Shown here piece by piece: positions 15,485-22,749 of a DNA stretch of 34,041 bases. Source of the stretch: a virus (Duplodnaviria; Caudoviricetes). The notes beneath the pieces are model-generated. The model was given only the letters and a program-made list of their open reading frames with translations, was not told the origin of the DNA and did no database searches. How positions within the stretch are numbered: the stretch's first letter is position 1; the number at the start of each line of letters is the position of its first letter. The DNA is taken from IMG/VR virus record IMGVR_UViG_3300017754_001682, positions 1 to 34,041 of that record; one strand, given 5' to 3'. The translations under genes were made by a program, and so were the position numbers.

Positions 15485-15642
15485 GCTTTGAGGGTGGTAA
15501 TGGCTGCTTGCACTTTGGCGCGGTTTTCATGGGTGCCTGTGTCATCACTTGAATATACAATCATCTCAAGCTGCCCTATATACCAATCACCCGCCAACAA
15601 CGCCTCAAGCGCCAGCTTTAATGCTTCTCGTTCTTTATTCAT
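15256..15642 (-). CDS. Hypothetical mosaic protein, 128 aa (paralogous blocks with 14894-15259)
   Basis: LAQPAQEPV...LY...QQRPWVGLT...LKEKN. Confidence 0.7.
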   Translation of the reverse strand: MNKEREALKLALEALLAGDWYIGQLEMIVYSSDDTGTHENRAKVQAAITTLKAALAQPAQEPVGEVINHVGDVDYLSYVPLSGTMLYATPQQRPWVGLTTEDMATCINEPAWDLILRKAEQILKEKNT

Positions 15643-15905
15643 TAGAACCCCCGCCGTTTAATGTGTGAGTGGTCAGAGCCGGGGCGCTGGTAGGCGCTGT
15701 GGTCTGGCTTGTAGACAGGCTGTTCCCACAGGCTTATCGTGGGCGGCAGCACTGCGTCTGGGTCTTTGACTGTGGGTACGAAGCCCCTGCGCTCCTTGGC
15801 GTGGGCCTTGTCGCCCGTCGTGTTCGTAAACGAGGTCAGCGTAGCGTGCGGGTTCACACGCATGGCCTTTTTCATCAAGTTGGGATTGCCTGCGTCGAGT
15901 TTCAT
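15642..15905 (-). CDS. Hypothetical protein, 87 aa (MKLDAG...)
   Basis: ATG 15905 with GGAGG RBS, overlapping the upstream stop. Confidence 0.65.
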   Translation of the reverse strand: MKLDAGNPNLMKKAMRVNPHATLTSFTNTTGDKAHAKERRGFVPTVKDPDAVLPPTISLWEQPVYKPDHSAYQRPGSDHSHIKRRGF

Positions 15906-16276
15906 TTGACCTCCACATCGGGAATGATGGACACGGGCTTGAAGATCACGCGATAGCGGTACACGTTGGCGGCTTGCGGTTCCAATTGCTCGGCAAAGAA
16001 CGTCACGTTGTCCGACAAACCAAGGAAATGCTTTTTGTACGTACCTGCGCCCGTCTTGCAGACCACAGACAGTTCGCGGCGGGCATCGTGGTTGCCAAGT
16101 GAGCAAAGCCCCTCAAGGGTGAGGATGTAGTCGCCCGTGATGCCGTTGTAGAACACGATGCGGCGGTTAACCTCAAACTGATCTGCTGCTTTTGACATAT
16201 TGTGCGAGGCAATGTCAGCGTCAGATGAACAACCGGCCAAGGTGGCGATGGCGGCGATGGTGAGTAATGTTTTCAT
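15902..16276 (-). CDS. Phage lipoprotein, 124 aa
   Basis: Signal peptide MKTLLTIAAIAT followed by lipobox LAGC. Confidence 0.8.
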   Translation of the reverse strand: MKTLLTIAAIATLAGCSSDADIASHNMSKAADQFEVNRRIVFYNGITGDYILTLEGLCSLGNHDARRELSVVCKTGAGTYKKHFLGLSDNVTFFAEQLEPQAANVYRYRVIFKPVSIIPDVEVK

Positions 16277-16368
16277 AGCAATGCGTCCTCGTAGTTGTCA
16301 GGGTTGAATTTGACCGGCGGCGCGTTGGCGGGCACCGGCGTGGGGTGTGGTGGGAAGGGCCAATTCAT
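16273..16368 (-). CDS. Tiny Pro-rich protein, 31 aa (MNWPFPP...)
   Basis: ATGA overlaps at both ends. Confidence 0.5.
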   Translation of the reverse strand: MNWPFPPHPTPVPANAPPVKFNPDNYEDALL

Positions 16369-16490
16369 GGTGAGTACCAAAAGTAACCGAACGTGAAGCA
16401 CGCGGTGGCGATGATTCCGATCAGGGCGGCCAGCGTGACCAACCCCTCCACGATGTCCCAAAAAAAGTCGCTGTCTTTGAGTTCGTCCAT
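16365..16490 (-). CDS. Small membrane protein, 41 aa (MDELKD...)
   Basis: GAGGAG RBS; one hydrophobic segment. Confidence 0.55.
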   Translation of the reverse strand: MDELKDSDFFWDIVEGLVTLAALIGIIATACFTFGYFWYSP

Positions 16491-16500
16491 CTTGATCTCC

Positions 16501-16707
16501 TCAGTTGCCGTACAGGCTGCGTGGGTGGTAGTCTTCTTCGGACTCGTCAGAGCCGGTGCAGGGCTCGGCGTCCATCTCGCTGATGTAGTGGCCAACGCCA
16601 CTGTCAAACACGATTTCAAGGGCTTCTGCCTTGTCGTAGGCCATGACTTCGGAGTGGAAGTTGCCGTTGACAAACACTGCGTAGGGGATGGGGGCAAGGA
16701 GGGTCAT
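16501..16707 (-). CDS. Acidic hypothetical protein, 68 aa
   Basis: AAGGA RBS following a GC hairpin. Confidence 0.6.
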   Translation of the reverse strand: MTLLAPIPYAVFVNGNFHSEVMAYDKAEALEIVFDSGVGHYISEMDAEPCTGSDESEEDYHPRSLYGN

Positions 16708-16746
16708 TTTGTTGTCCTTTCTTGGGGGCCGTAGCCCCCCGTTGGT

Positions 16747-16896
16747 TTAGATGGAGAACTGGTTGGCTTTGAGGAAAGCCACTTCGTCGGGGCTGGCCAT
16801 GCACACTGCCATCATGTGCTTGGCAATGTAATTTTGTAGCTTGGCGCGGTTAGCTGCAGTAGGAGCAGCGCGGTAGGTGTTGAGCAGTTTGGTCAT
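16747..16896 (-). CDS. Hypothetical protein, 49 aa
   Basis: My translation MTKLLNTYRAAPTAANRAKLQNYIAKHMMAVCMASPDEVAFLKANQFSI. Shares the MTKLLN start with the upstream gene. Confidence 0.65.
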   Translation of the reverse strand: MTKLLNTYRAAPTAANRAKLQNYIAKHMMAVCMASPDEVAFLKANQFSI

Positions 16897-16898
16897 GC

Positions 16899-17102
16899 TC
16901 AGGCTCCCAAGTATTTGCGTTGAGCTGCGCCGTCAAAAACTGCTTTGATTCCGTTGGCGGCAAGTTGCGCCTTTAGGTCAGCTTTAGTGCTGGCTGCGGT
17001 CAACAAATAGCCGTCAGCGTGGTAAACCTCAAAACGGTTTACGTTGTAAGTGACGGCGCAATTGATGCGGTCGGCGGCTTTGAGATTGAGGAGTTTGGTC
17101 AT
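16899..17102 (-). CDS. Hypothetical early protein, 67 aa
   Basis: First gene after a repeated promoter cassette; AAGGA RBS. Confidence 0.7.
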   Translation of the reverse strand: MTKLLNLKAADRINCAVTYNVNRFEVYHADGYLLTAASTKADLKAQLAANGIKAVFDGAAQRKYLGA

Positions 17103-17107
17103 CTTGA

Positions 17108-17202
17108 TTTCCTTGTTGCCTGCTTATTGCAGTGATGCTAGTGTAACCTCAAATTACACTAGAACATAGCCAGATCAAATTATTTTCTAGGTATTTTCCC
17201 TA
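17108..17202 (-). promoter_or_regulatory. Early promoter/RBS cassette, copy 1
   Basis: 31-bp core 17126-17156 is identical to 18054-18084. It contains a -10 TACACT and the inverted repeat CTAGTGTAA-N7-TTACACTAG. TAGG-N7-CCTA site at 17188-17202. Confidence 0.75.
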
Positions 17203-17513
17203 GTAGTCTCTTTGAGCTTGGCAAGCAACTGTTGCACTGGCCAGATTGCTCGTGGCTCATAGTCGTGCGCCTTGATCCACTGCTCAATCTCGGTCAGGAC
17301 GTAGCTGTAGCCAGCATCAAAGCCTTGAACGTACTCAGACATCACCGCCTCTTTTATCGGGGCCTTGCAACCTTTGTGGTAGTCGATGAAGGCATCCATC
17401 TGGGCCAAGATGGCATCAATGGTGTCGGGCATCTTGAGAGCCTGCTGGAAGCCGCAGTGCTCGCACTCCATGCACTTGGTGAAGCCATTGTGGATGATGT
17501 GGTCGTTGCTCAT
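17187..17513 (-). CDS. Hypothetical protein with CxxC, 108 aa (MSNDH...)
   Basis: GAGG RBS, ATGA overlap; CEHCG...HKGC. Confidence 0.65.
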   Translation of the reverse strand: MSNDHIIHNGFTKCMECEHCGFQQALKMPDTIDAILAQMDAFIDYHKGCKAPIKEAVMSEYVQGFDAGYSYVLTEIEQWIKAHDYEPRAIWPVQQLLAKLKETTRENT

Positions 17514-17701
17514 GGTGCCACCTCTGGCATGAGTACGGCCTGCAGGGCTGCAACCAATTGCTCTGCCTCGTTTCGAGTCATGTTGGCACTCATGCGAGCG
17601 TTTGGTACGCGCACGTTGAACCAAACCCCGCCGTTTTCCCAATCGCTTACGCTGATCTGCACGCCGTCTTCTGTGTTAACTGTGATGATGATTTCGTCCA
17701 T
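17510..17701 (-). CDS. Hypothetical protein, 63 aa
   Basis: GGAG RBS following a GC hairpin. Confidence 0.65.
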   Translation of the reverse strand: MDEIIITVNTEDGVQISVSDWENGGVWFNVRVPNARMSANMTRNEAEQLVAALQAVLMPEVAP

Positions 17702-17737
17702 GATTTGCTCCGGTATGGGGCCGAGGCCCCGGTTGAT

Positions 17738-18028
17738 TTACTTGCTGGTGACCTTGACTGTGTACACGGCGGTGGTGGTGGTGTATTTGGCAATCTGTGC
17801 TGGGGTGATACCCAGCTCTGCGTACATCTTCTTGGTGTTGACGCTGGAGCGGTTCGACTCTGAGTAGGTGGCGCGGAACAGGTCTCCGTCCACAACCTTG
17901 TCGCCGCCGAGGCTGGCGTCGTTCTTGATTGCGTCCTTGATGACGTTGGCGCGGGTGGTCAGGGTCTCGATCTGAGCCAAAAGAGCGCCGAGGGTGTCAA
18001 CATCGTGGGTGATAGTGAGAGTGGTCAT
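17738..18028 (-). CDS. Hypothetical early protein, 96 aa
   Basis: First gene after promoter cassette copy 2; AAGGA RBS. Confidence 0.75.
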   Translation of the reverse strand: MTTLTITHDVDTLGALLAQIETLTTRANVIKDAIKNDASLGGDKVVDGDLFRATYSESNRSSVNTKKMYAELGITPAQIAKYTTTTAVYTVKVTSK

Positions 18029-18034
18029 TTCGCT

Positions 18035-18130
18035 TTTCCTTGTTACCTGCTTGATTGCAGTGATGCTAGTGTAACCTCAAATTAAACGATGCAACAACTA
18101 TTTGCAAAATATTTGTAGGTGTTTACCCTA
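18035..18130 (-). promoter_or_regulatory. Early promoter/RBS cassette, copy 2
   Basis: 31-bp identical core at 18054-18084; -10 TACACT at 18073-18068; AT-rich upstream; TAGG-N7-CCTA at 18116-18130. Confidence 0.75.
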
Positions 18131-18404
18131 ACAGCCTCCTGACATCAGCCAGCAGGTCGGCCTCGTCGTAGCCGTAGTGCTTCGGGAAGCCCTTTGTCCC
18201 AAGCCCGTGGAGGCCAGTCTTGCCCCTGTGGTGCTCCGGGCATAGCGGTATGACGTCCATGTGGCTGGAGCGCCTTCCTGCCCCTGTTCCAGCCCTCAGA
18301 TGATGGAGTTCCGCAGGGGTGCCCTCGTACCCCATACGGCGGCAGACAGCGCAGCCAAGCTCGGCCACGCGGTTCATGTGCTTTTTCTCAGTCAGCGTCG
18401 TCAT
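18123..18404 (-). CDS. Ref-family/HNH-like nuclease, 93 aa
   Basis: GCAVC...ELHH...G.G.R.SH..VIPLCPEHHR...H pattern of phage recombination-enhancement nucleases. Start set at MTTLTE. Confidence 0.75.
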   Translation of the reverse strand: MTTLTEKKHMNRVAELGCAVCRRMGYEGTPAELHHLRAGTGAGRRSSHMDVIPLCPEHHRGKTGLHGLGTKGFPKHYGYDEADLLADVRRLLG

Positions 18405-18537
18405 CTTTTTCCCAGATCCTGTTGCACTCAGGGCAGCGCCGCTCGCGCTCGTCCTCAATCTGCCGCTTGCGCCAGCCGTTGGCTCTGGCCTGCTCGCGCT
18501 CAATGCGCTCAAACTCTTCGTCCTCGTCGGTCTTCAT
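18388..18537 (-). CDS. Small charged protein with CxxC, 49 aa
   Basis: My translation MKTDEDEEFERIEREQ...CPECNRIWEKDDDAD; fills the gap with overlaps. Confidence 0.5.
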   Translation of the reverse strand: MKTDEDEEFERIEREQARANGWRKRQIEDERERRCPECNRIWEKDDDAD

Positions 18538-18878
18538 ATCGTGGCCCTCCCTTCGGCCCGGTTGCTGGCCTCTTGTGAGCGCCAGACCTCAATGCGTGCC
18601 TGCGCGGCCACCATCATCCACCTCAGCTCTTCCCGCACCTCTACGGCCTCCTGCAGGGCCAATAGGTGCTGTTTATAGGGTGCGCTTGCATAAGCCTCCC
18701 GCTCTTGGATTGCGGCGGTCTTGTGGCCCCGTAGCCCGGCGGCAGCCATCTGCTCGGCCTTAACGGTCTTGCGCAGCTCCTCCATGTAGACCTTGTTGCC
18801 CTCGGCCTGCGCATACGCCTTGGACTTCGCGATCATGAAGTCGACGGCGGCTTGGGGGTCGATTAGTTTCTCACTCAT
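18534..18878 (-). CDS. Helical hypothetical protein, 114 aa
   Basis: Start MSEKLID (GGAG RBS); EREAYAS...IEVWRSQEASNR. Loosely UvsY-like, which is inference only. Confidence 0.7.
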   Translation of the reverse strand: MSEKLIDPQAAVDFMIAKSKAYAQAEGNKVYMEELRKTVKAEQMAAAGLRGHKTAAIQEREAYASAPYKQHLLALQEAVEVREELRWMMVAAQARIEVWRSQEASNRAEGRATI

Positions 18879-19035
18879 CAGGGTCTCCAATGTAATTTGG
18901 GCGCTCTTGCATCATTTCGGATGCGAGGACGTATGCGTGCTCGGCAAAATTCTTTGACTTGCCAGCGCCGTTGGCCGCAAGGCCAGCAGCAATGAACATC
19001 GCAAACAAGTCGATCAGTTGGGGTTCGTCTTTCAT
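18871..19035 (-). CDS. Hypothetical protein, 54 aa
   Basis: My translation MKDEPQLIDLFAMFIAAGLAANG...HAYVLASEMMQER; GGAG RBS and ATGA overlap. Preferred over the track ORF 18878..19060. Confidence 0.65.
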   Translation of the reverse strand: MKDEPQLIDLFAMFIAAGLAANGAGKSKNFAEHAYVLASEMMQERPNYIGDPDE

Positions 19036-19238
19036 TTTTCTGCTCCAAATAAAACATCACCGGCCTCTACGGGGAACCGATCCCCCCAAGCCACCACCTG
19101 CAACACGTCCATATGCTCCAAGAACCCGTCCACCGGGCTCAGGCGGTACTCAATCTTGCCGTCATCGGTTTGCACCTTTGCGATGCCGACCGATCCCTTG
19201 GCTCCCGTGAACCACTTCACCTTCAATGCTGTGCTCAT
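19032..19238 (-). CDS. Hypothetical protein, 68 aa
   Basis: GGGAG RBS; ATGA overlaps. Confidence 0.65.
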   Translation of the reverse strand: MSTALKVKWFTGAKGSVGIAKVQTDDGKIEYRLSPVDGFLEHMDVLQVVAWGDRFPVEAGDVLFGAEK

Positions 19239-19636
19239 AGCTCCCTCACATGTACTTTGATCATTCCGCCGATGCTGTCGGCCCAGTAGATTCGCAGGTC
19301 AACGATGTTGCTGTCGTCCTTCCAGACGCCTGCAGCAGTGCAGGCATCCAGCGCGGCCTTCAGCAGGTTGTCCAGATCTCGGCGGCGCTTGTCCGGACGG
19401 AACGCCTCGATTTCCACGCACAGCTTGCCCTGATAGTTGGCCGCCCCGCCTTGCAGCGAGACCTGTTCCATGGCCGCTTTGCGGTACTCGCGCCCCTTGG
19501 CGCTGATGATCATGCGGCCTTGGAAGGTTCGCCAGTAGGTGTTCACGCTGGGCGGCCAAGGCAGCGTCAGGGTGATGCCACCAAGAACCTTTTGGCAGTA
19601 GGCGTTCAATTGCGCCGTGAGTTGGTCTTCGGTCAT
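19235..19636 (-). CDS. rusA: RusA-family Holliday junction resolvase
   Basis: LPWPPSVNTYWR...PDKRRRDLDNLLKAALDA...WKDDSNI. Confidence 0.92.
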   Translation of the reverse strand: MTEDQLTAQLNAYCQKVLGGITLTLPWPPSVNTYWRTFQGRMIISAKGREYRKAAMEQVSLQGGAANYQGKLCVEIEAFRPDKRRRDLDNLLKAALDACTAAGVWKDDSNIVDLRIYWADSIGGMIKVHVREL

Positions 19637-19899
19637 TGGCGTTGCGCGGGGACGCGGTTCATCATCTCTTCGGCTGCGTTGCGCAAGGCGGTGCAGACCG
19701 TCCCCTCGTCGTCAGCGTCGGCCATGTCCAGCAGCATCTGGGCGCAGGCCCGGCGCTCAAGGTACATGGCCTGCCGTGTAGTCTGGATTGCAACGGCCAT
19801 GATTTCGGCCTTTGCTTCGCCCAACGCTTTGTTGAACTCATCCTGAGTGAACAGGGTCTGACCCTGCGAAAAAATGTTTTTGTCAAAGCTCATTTCCAT
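19633..19899 (-). CDS. Hypothetical protein, ~88 aa
   Basis: AGGAG RBS; ERRACA motif. Start may be 19893. Confidence 0.65.
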   Translation of the reverse strand: MEMSFDKNIFSQGQTLFTQDEFNKALGEAKAEIMAVAIQTTRQAMYLERRACAQMLLDMADADDEGTVCTALRNAAEEMMNRVPAQRQ

Positions 19900-20122
19900 T
19901 CTCCTGTATTACCTCGGTTACCTTTAATCCACTGATCTCGAACATCCTGCTCAAGTCTTGAGCCGGGATGAACGTCATTCCAACCTCTGACACGGCGGCC
20001 AGTTCTATCAACGTAGCCCGTGAACCATCTGTGTGCCGCATCGCGATCTTGTACCCGTCGCTGGATGACCCATCGAACGAGACAACGGTGACGATGCTCG
20101 TCTGGGCCAATTCCTTCGCCAT
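19883..20122 (-). CDS. Hypothetical protein, 79 aa
   Basis: Starts directly after the helicase stop. Confidence 0.6.
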   Translation of the reverse strand: MAKELAQTSIVTVVSFDGSSSDGYKIAMRHTDGSRATLIELAAVSEVGMTFIPAQDLSRMFEISGLKVTEVIQENGNEL

Positions 20123-21139
20123 TCAAAATGCCCCCTTGCTGTCGAAAGACATCGGGACGCCGCCGGGCTCGTCAACGAACTGCTGGCTCTCACGATTGAA
20201 CCAGAGGCTGTACCACTCCTCGGCGTCACCATTGCGCTGCTTCTCGCACATCAGCAAGGCGTCAGGCTTCTTGTGGTCGGGCGTCTGGCCGTTCTGGATG
20301 TCGTGCTCCTTTTTCTTGTTGCGCCACATCAACAGGACGTTATCCACTTGGTCGGCAATCGCGCCAGATCCCTTGATGTCCGACTTGCTCGGCATCATTT
20401 CCTCGTTGCCTAGCTTGCGGATGTGGTGGATCAGGTGAATGTGAATGTTGTGGTCACGGGCCAGAGCGGTCAGCTCGTCCACAAACCCCTTCTGCGCGTT
20501 GTAGTCGTCCTCGCCGGTCACGCACTTCATAAGCGAGTCAATGAAGACGTGCTGCACGCCCAGCTCGACTGCGCAGTACCGCGCCATGGCGATGACCTGT
20601 TGGCTCGACGTGGTGCCCTGCTGGTCGTAGAACCACAGGCCGCTGCCAGAGAATTCGGTGAAACGACCAAGCAGGCGGCCAATGTACGTTGCCTTGTCGG
20701 TGTAGCGGGGGAACTCAATGTTCTCGCCAGCGAACTGACGCAGCATCCGGTACAGGGTGCGCTTGGGTTTCATCTCGAAGGACGCAATGCAAACGCGCTG
20801 CTTCTGCTTGATCAGGCCCATGGCCACCTGCCCGGTCACCAGCGACTTTCCGCCACCGTTACCTCCAGCGTAAACAGTCACCTCGCCCGGACGGAAGCGG
20901 AAGCCCCCGTGCGTCTTGGCCCACGGCATGGTGGTGCTGGTGTCCTTTTCCGGAGGGGCGATCAGATCCTGCTGCAGCTCCTCAAGCCAGACCGAAGCCT
21001 CGTGGACTTTGTGGGTCACGTCGTTTGCCTTCAGGTACTTCTCGGTGTCGATCTCCTGAGACTTCACTACCCGGATCTTGCGGGCCTCGTCGAGCTGGCG
21101 TGCCCGCATCTCAATTGTGGTCAAGTTAGACATTGGCAT
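20123..21139 (-). CDS. SF4 (DnaB/T7 gp4-like) replicative helicase
   Basis: Walker A GGNGGGKS, SFEM, Walker B FIDSL, HxRK, KGSGAIADQVD, KQR finger. Confidence 0.9.
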   Translation of the reverse strand: MPMSNLTTIEMRARQLDEARKIRVVKSQEIDTEKYLKANDVTHKVHEASVWLEELQQDLIAPPEKDTSTTMPWAKTHGGFRFRPGEVTVYAGGNGGGKSLVTGQVAMGLIKQKQRVCIASFEMKPKRTLYRMLRQFAGENIEFPRYTDKATYIGRLLGRFTEFSGSGLWFYDQQGTTSSQQVIAMARYCAVELGVQHVFIDSLMKCVTGEDDYNAQKGFVDELTALARDHNIHIHLIHHIRKLGNEEMMPSKSDIKGSGAIADQVDNVLLMWRNKKKEHDIQNGQTPDHKKPDALLMCEKQRNGDAEEWYSLWFNRESQQFVDEPGGVPMSFDSKGAF

Positions 21140-21551
21140 ACCTCACAGCTTCGTCGATGCGTTCGTAGGCCGTCAGCATCCGCTCACGGGTCTCTTCGTT
21201 CACAGGTTTGCCCTTGGCGATGTCAAAGGCCACGATCTGCACGACCAGAGCTTCAACGTGGATGATCCGCATCAGGTCGCTGGCGAAGAACGCTGGCTTC
21301 ATGCTGGGACGGATCCCGTCTTGGGTCTTTTCCTTTGGCGGGAACAGGTCGTTCATTTCCATGCCAATTGCGCCAAGCACGTCAGCGGTGTTGCAGCCAG
21401 CAAAGCAGTGCATCAGGATTCGGCCATCCTCGCCTTCCTTCACGGCCAGAGATGGCCCCTTGTCATCGTGGGCAGGGCAGCAGGCAGTCCATGACCCATT
21501 GCGACCCTTAACCCGCGCCAGCCGGGACAACAGTTGTTCAACTCGGGTCAT
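21126..21551 (-). CDS. Primase zinc-binding (CHC2-like) domain protein, 141 aa
   Basis: CCPAHDDKGPSL...HCFAGC. Start set at MTRVEQ (GAGG RBS, ATGA overlap). No TOPRIM region. Confidence 0.8.
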   Translation of the reverse strand: MTRVEQLLSRLARVKGRNGSWTACCPAHDDKGPSLAVKEGEDGRILMHCFAGCNTADVLGAIGMEMNDLFPPKEKTQDGIRPSMKPAFFASDLMRIIHVEALVVQIVAFDIAKGKPVNEETRERMLTAYERIDEAVRYANV

Positions 21552-22198
21552 ATCACCCTCCGCGAAAAGGACTGCTCGACAACGCCGTCTTCCCAGCGGC
21601 GCTGGTTGATGTACGTCAAGGGCGCAGGCTCGTACCCGGTAGTCCACTGCTCGCTGCCCTTCAAGGCATTCACGTTGGCCAAGATCTGGTCGGCCACGTT
21701 GTCGAGCTTCAGCTTCAGCCACTTTGCCTCGCAGGTGGACTTGGCGACCTTGCGCTTGGACGCTGGCCAAAATGCCCAGAATTCATCGAATCGCGATGTT
21801 GTCGGTGCAACCGACGTAATGGTATTTATCTTATTCTGTATCTTCTTAGGGTTTACTGTCGGTTCCGATTCGGTATCCGATTGGGTTTTCTTCGGGCGGC
21901 CACCACGTTTTCCGACCTCACGATTGGTGTTGCATTGCGCTTGGTATTTCGCGATTTCGGCATCACAACGATGGTTGAAATAGCCTGTTTCGGTACGTTC
22001 AAAGAATTCACCCAAAACCGATTCGGTTATGTCAAGATCAATGCGGATTTTCCTTGAAACCGATTCGGTATTCAGGGGGATTTGCTTCTCGCTCATGTAG
22101 TACAAATCCAACAGACGGCGGTAAGCCAAGTCCTCTGCATCGCTCAGATGCGTGGTGTGCGTAATGTAGTCACCAAGGTGGAATTTGTACCAAATCAC
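21548..22198 (-). CDS. YdaU/DUF1376-type replication initiator
   Basis: WYKFHLGDY..TTHLS..E..AYRRLLD.YY..E N-terminus, GKRGGRP linker, F..FW..WP..RKV.K and P.TYINQRRWED C-terminal domain. Confidence 0.85.
   Translation of the reverse strand: MIWYKFHLGDYITHTTHLSDAEDLAYRRLLDLYYMSEKQIPLNTESVSRKIRIDLDITESVLGEFFERTETGYFNHRCDAEIAKYQAQCNTNREVGKRGGRPKKTQSDTESEPTVNPKKIQNKINTITSVAPTTSRFDEFWAFWPASKRKVAKSTCEAKWLKLKLDNVADQILANVNALKGSEQWTTGYEPAPLTYINQRRWEDGVVEQSFSRRVI
21845..22070. repeat. Iterons / probable replication origin inside the initiator gene
   Basis: AACCGATTCGGTT at 22016-22028 (perfect), AACCGATTCGGTA at 22058-22070, TTCCGATTCGGTA at 21863-21875 and ATCCGATTGGGTT at 21875-21887. Half-sites start at 21847, 21858, 21869 and 21881 (11-12 bp spacing). 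Confidence 0.7.
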
Positions 22199-22404
22199 TT
22201 TAGGTCTCCGAAGATGTCAGGCCGTAGGGTTGCACGCTTCACCTGCCCTTTGGTGTAGCGCTCAATGGCTCCACTCAGCTCTGGACTGGCCAAGGCCCGC
22301 CCCGAGATGATGAGGCTCATCCACGTCTTGCTCACGTTGAGCTTGGTGGCCATGGCCAGCTTTGCTCCTCGCGGCTTGGTTGAGAAAAATTCAGTCAGTG
22401 TCAT
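22195..22404 (-). CDS. Cro/YdaS-like HTH regulator, 69 aa
   Basis: AMATKLNVSKTWMSLIISG...IERYTKGQV....LRPDIF; first gene of the leftward operon. Confidence 0.85.
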   Translation of the reverse strand: MTLTEFFSTKPRGAKLAMATKLNVSKTWMSLIISGRALASPELSGAIERYTKGQVKRATLRPDIFGDLK

Positions 22405-22433
22405 GCAGTTCCTTTCTGGGTTGGTTTAAGCGG

Positions 22434-22495
22434 ATCATACACTAGAAAAATATTTTTGCAACAGTGTTGTACTTTCAGATTAAATTTGGTACAGT
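22434..22495. promoter_or_regulatory. Back-to-back divergent sigma70 promoters
   Basis: Rightward: TTGTAC (22467-72), 17 bp, TG-g-TACAGT (22487-95). Leftward: TTGCAA (22461-56), 16 bp, TATGAT (22439-34). Confidence 0.7.
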
Positions 22496-22581
22496 AGCGC
22501 CAAGTTAACTTGAAGGCAAACAATGAAGACCATCTTTTTGTTCGTAGTCTTGGCCATAGCTTACTACCTTGCGAGAAATTG

Positions 22582-22749
22582 ATGAACAGCGAATTACACC
22601 AGCTCATGCTGGAACGAGTGCAAATGCTTGAGAACGCCCTTCGCCGGGCAATCGCAGGCGTTGCCAGCCAGACCGATTGGGAAATGATTTGCACGGAGTG
22701 CAACGTGCCCAAGGAGTCTTTTTTTGAACCTGAAACTAGGAGCGAATGA
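22582..22749 (+). CDS. Hypothetical protein, 55 aa (MNSELHQ...)
   Basis: First ORF of the rightward operon; start uncertain. Confidence 0.55.
   Translation: MNSELHQLMLERVQMLENALRRAIAGVASQTDWEMICTECNVPKESFFEPETRSE

Noticed and set aside
14165-18130. CRISPR array or DGR template/variable repeats suggested by the 27-31 bp direct repeats
   Set aside because: Only two copies each, no regular spacers, no adenine-specific mismatches, and no reverse transcriptase or cas genes.
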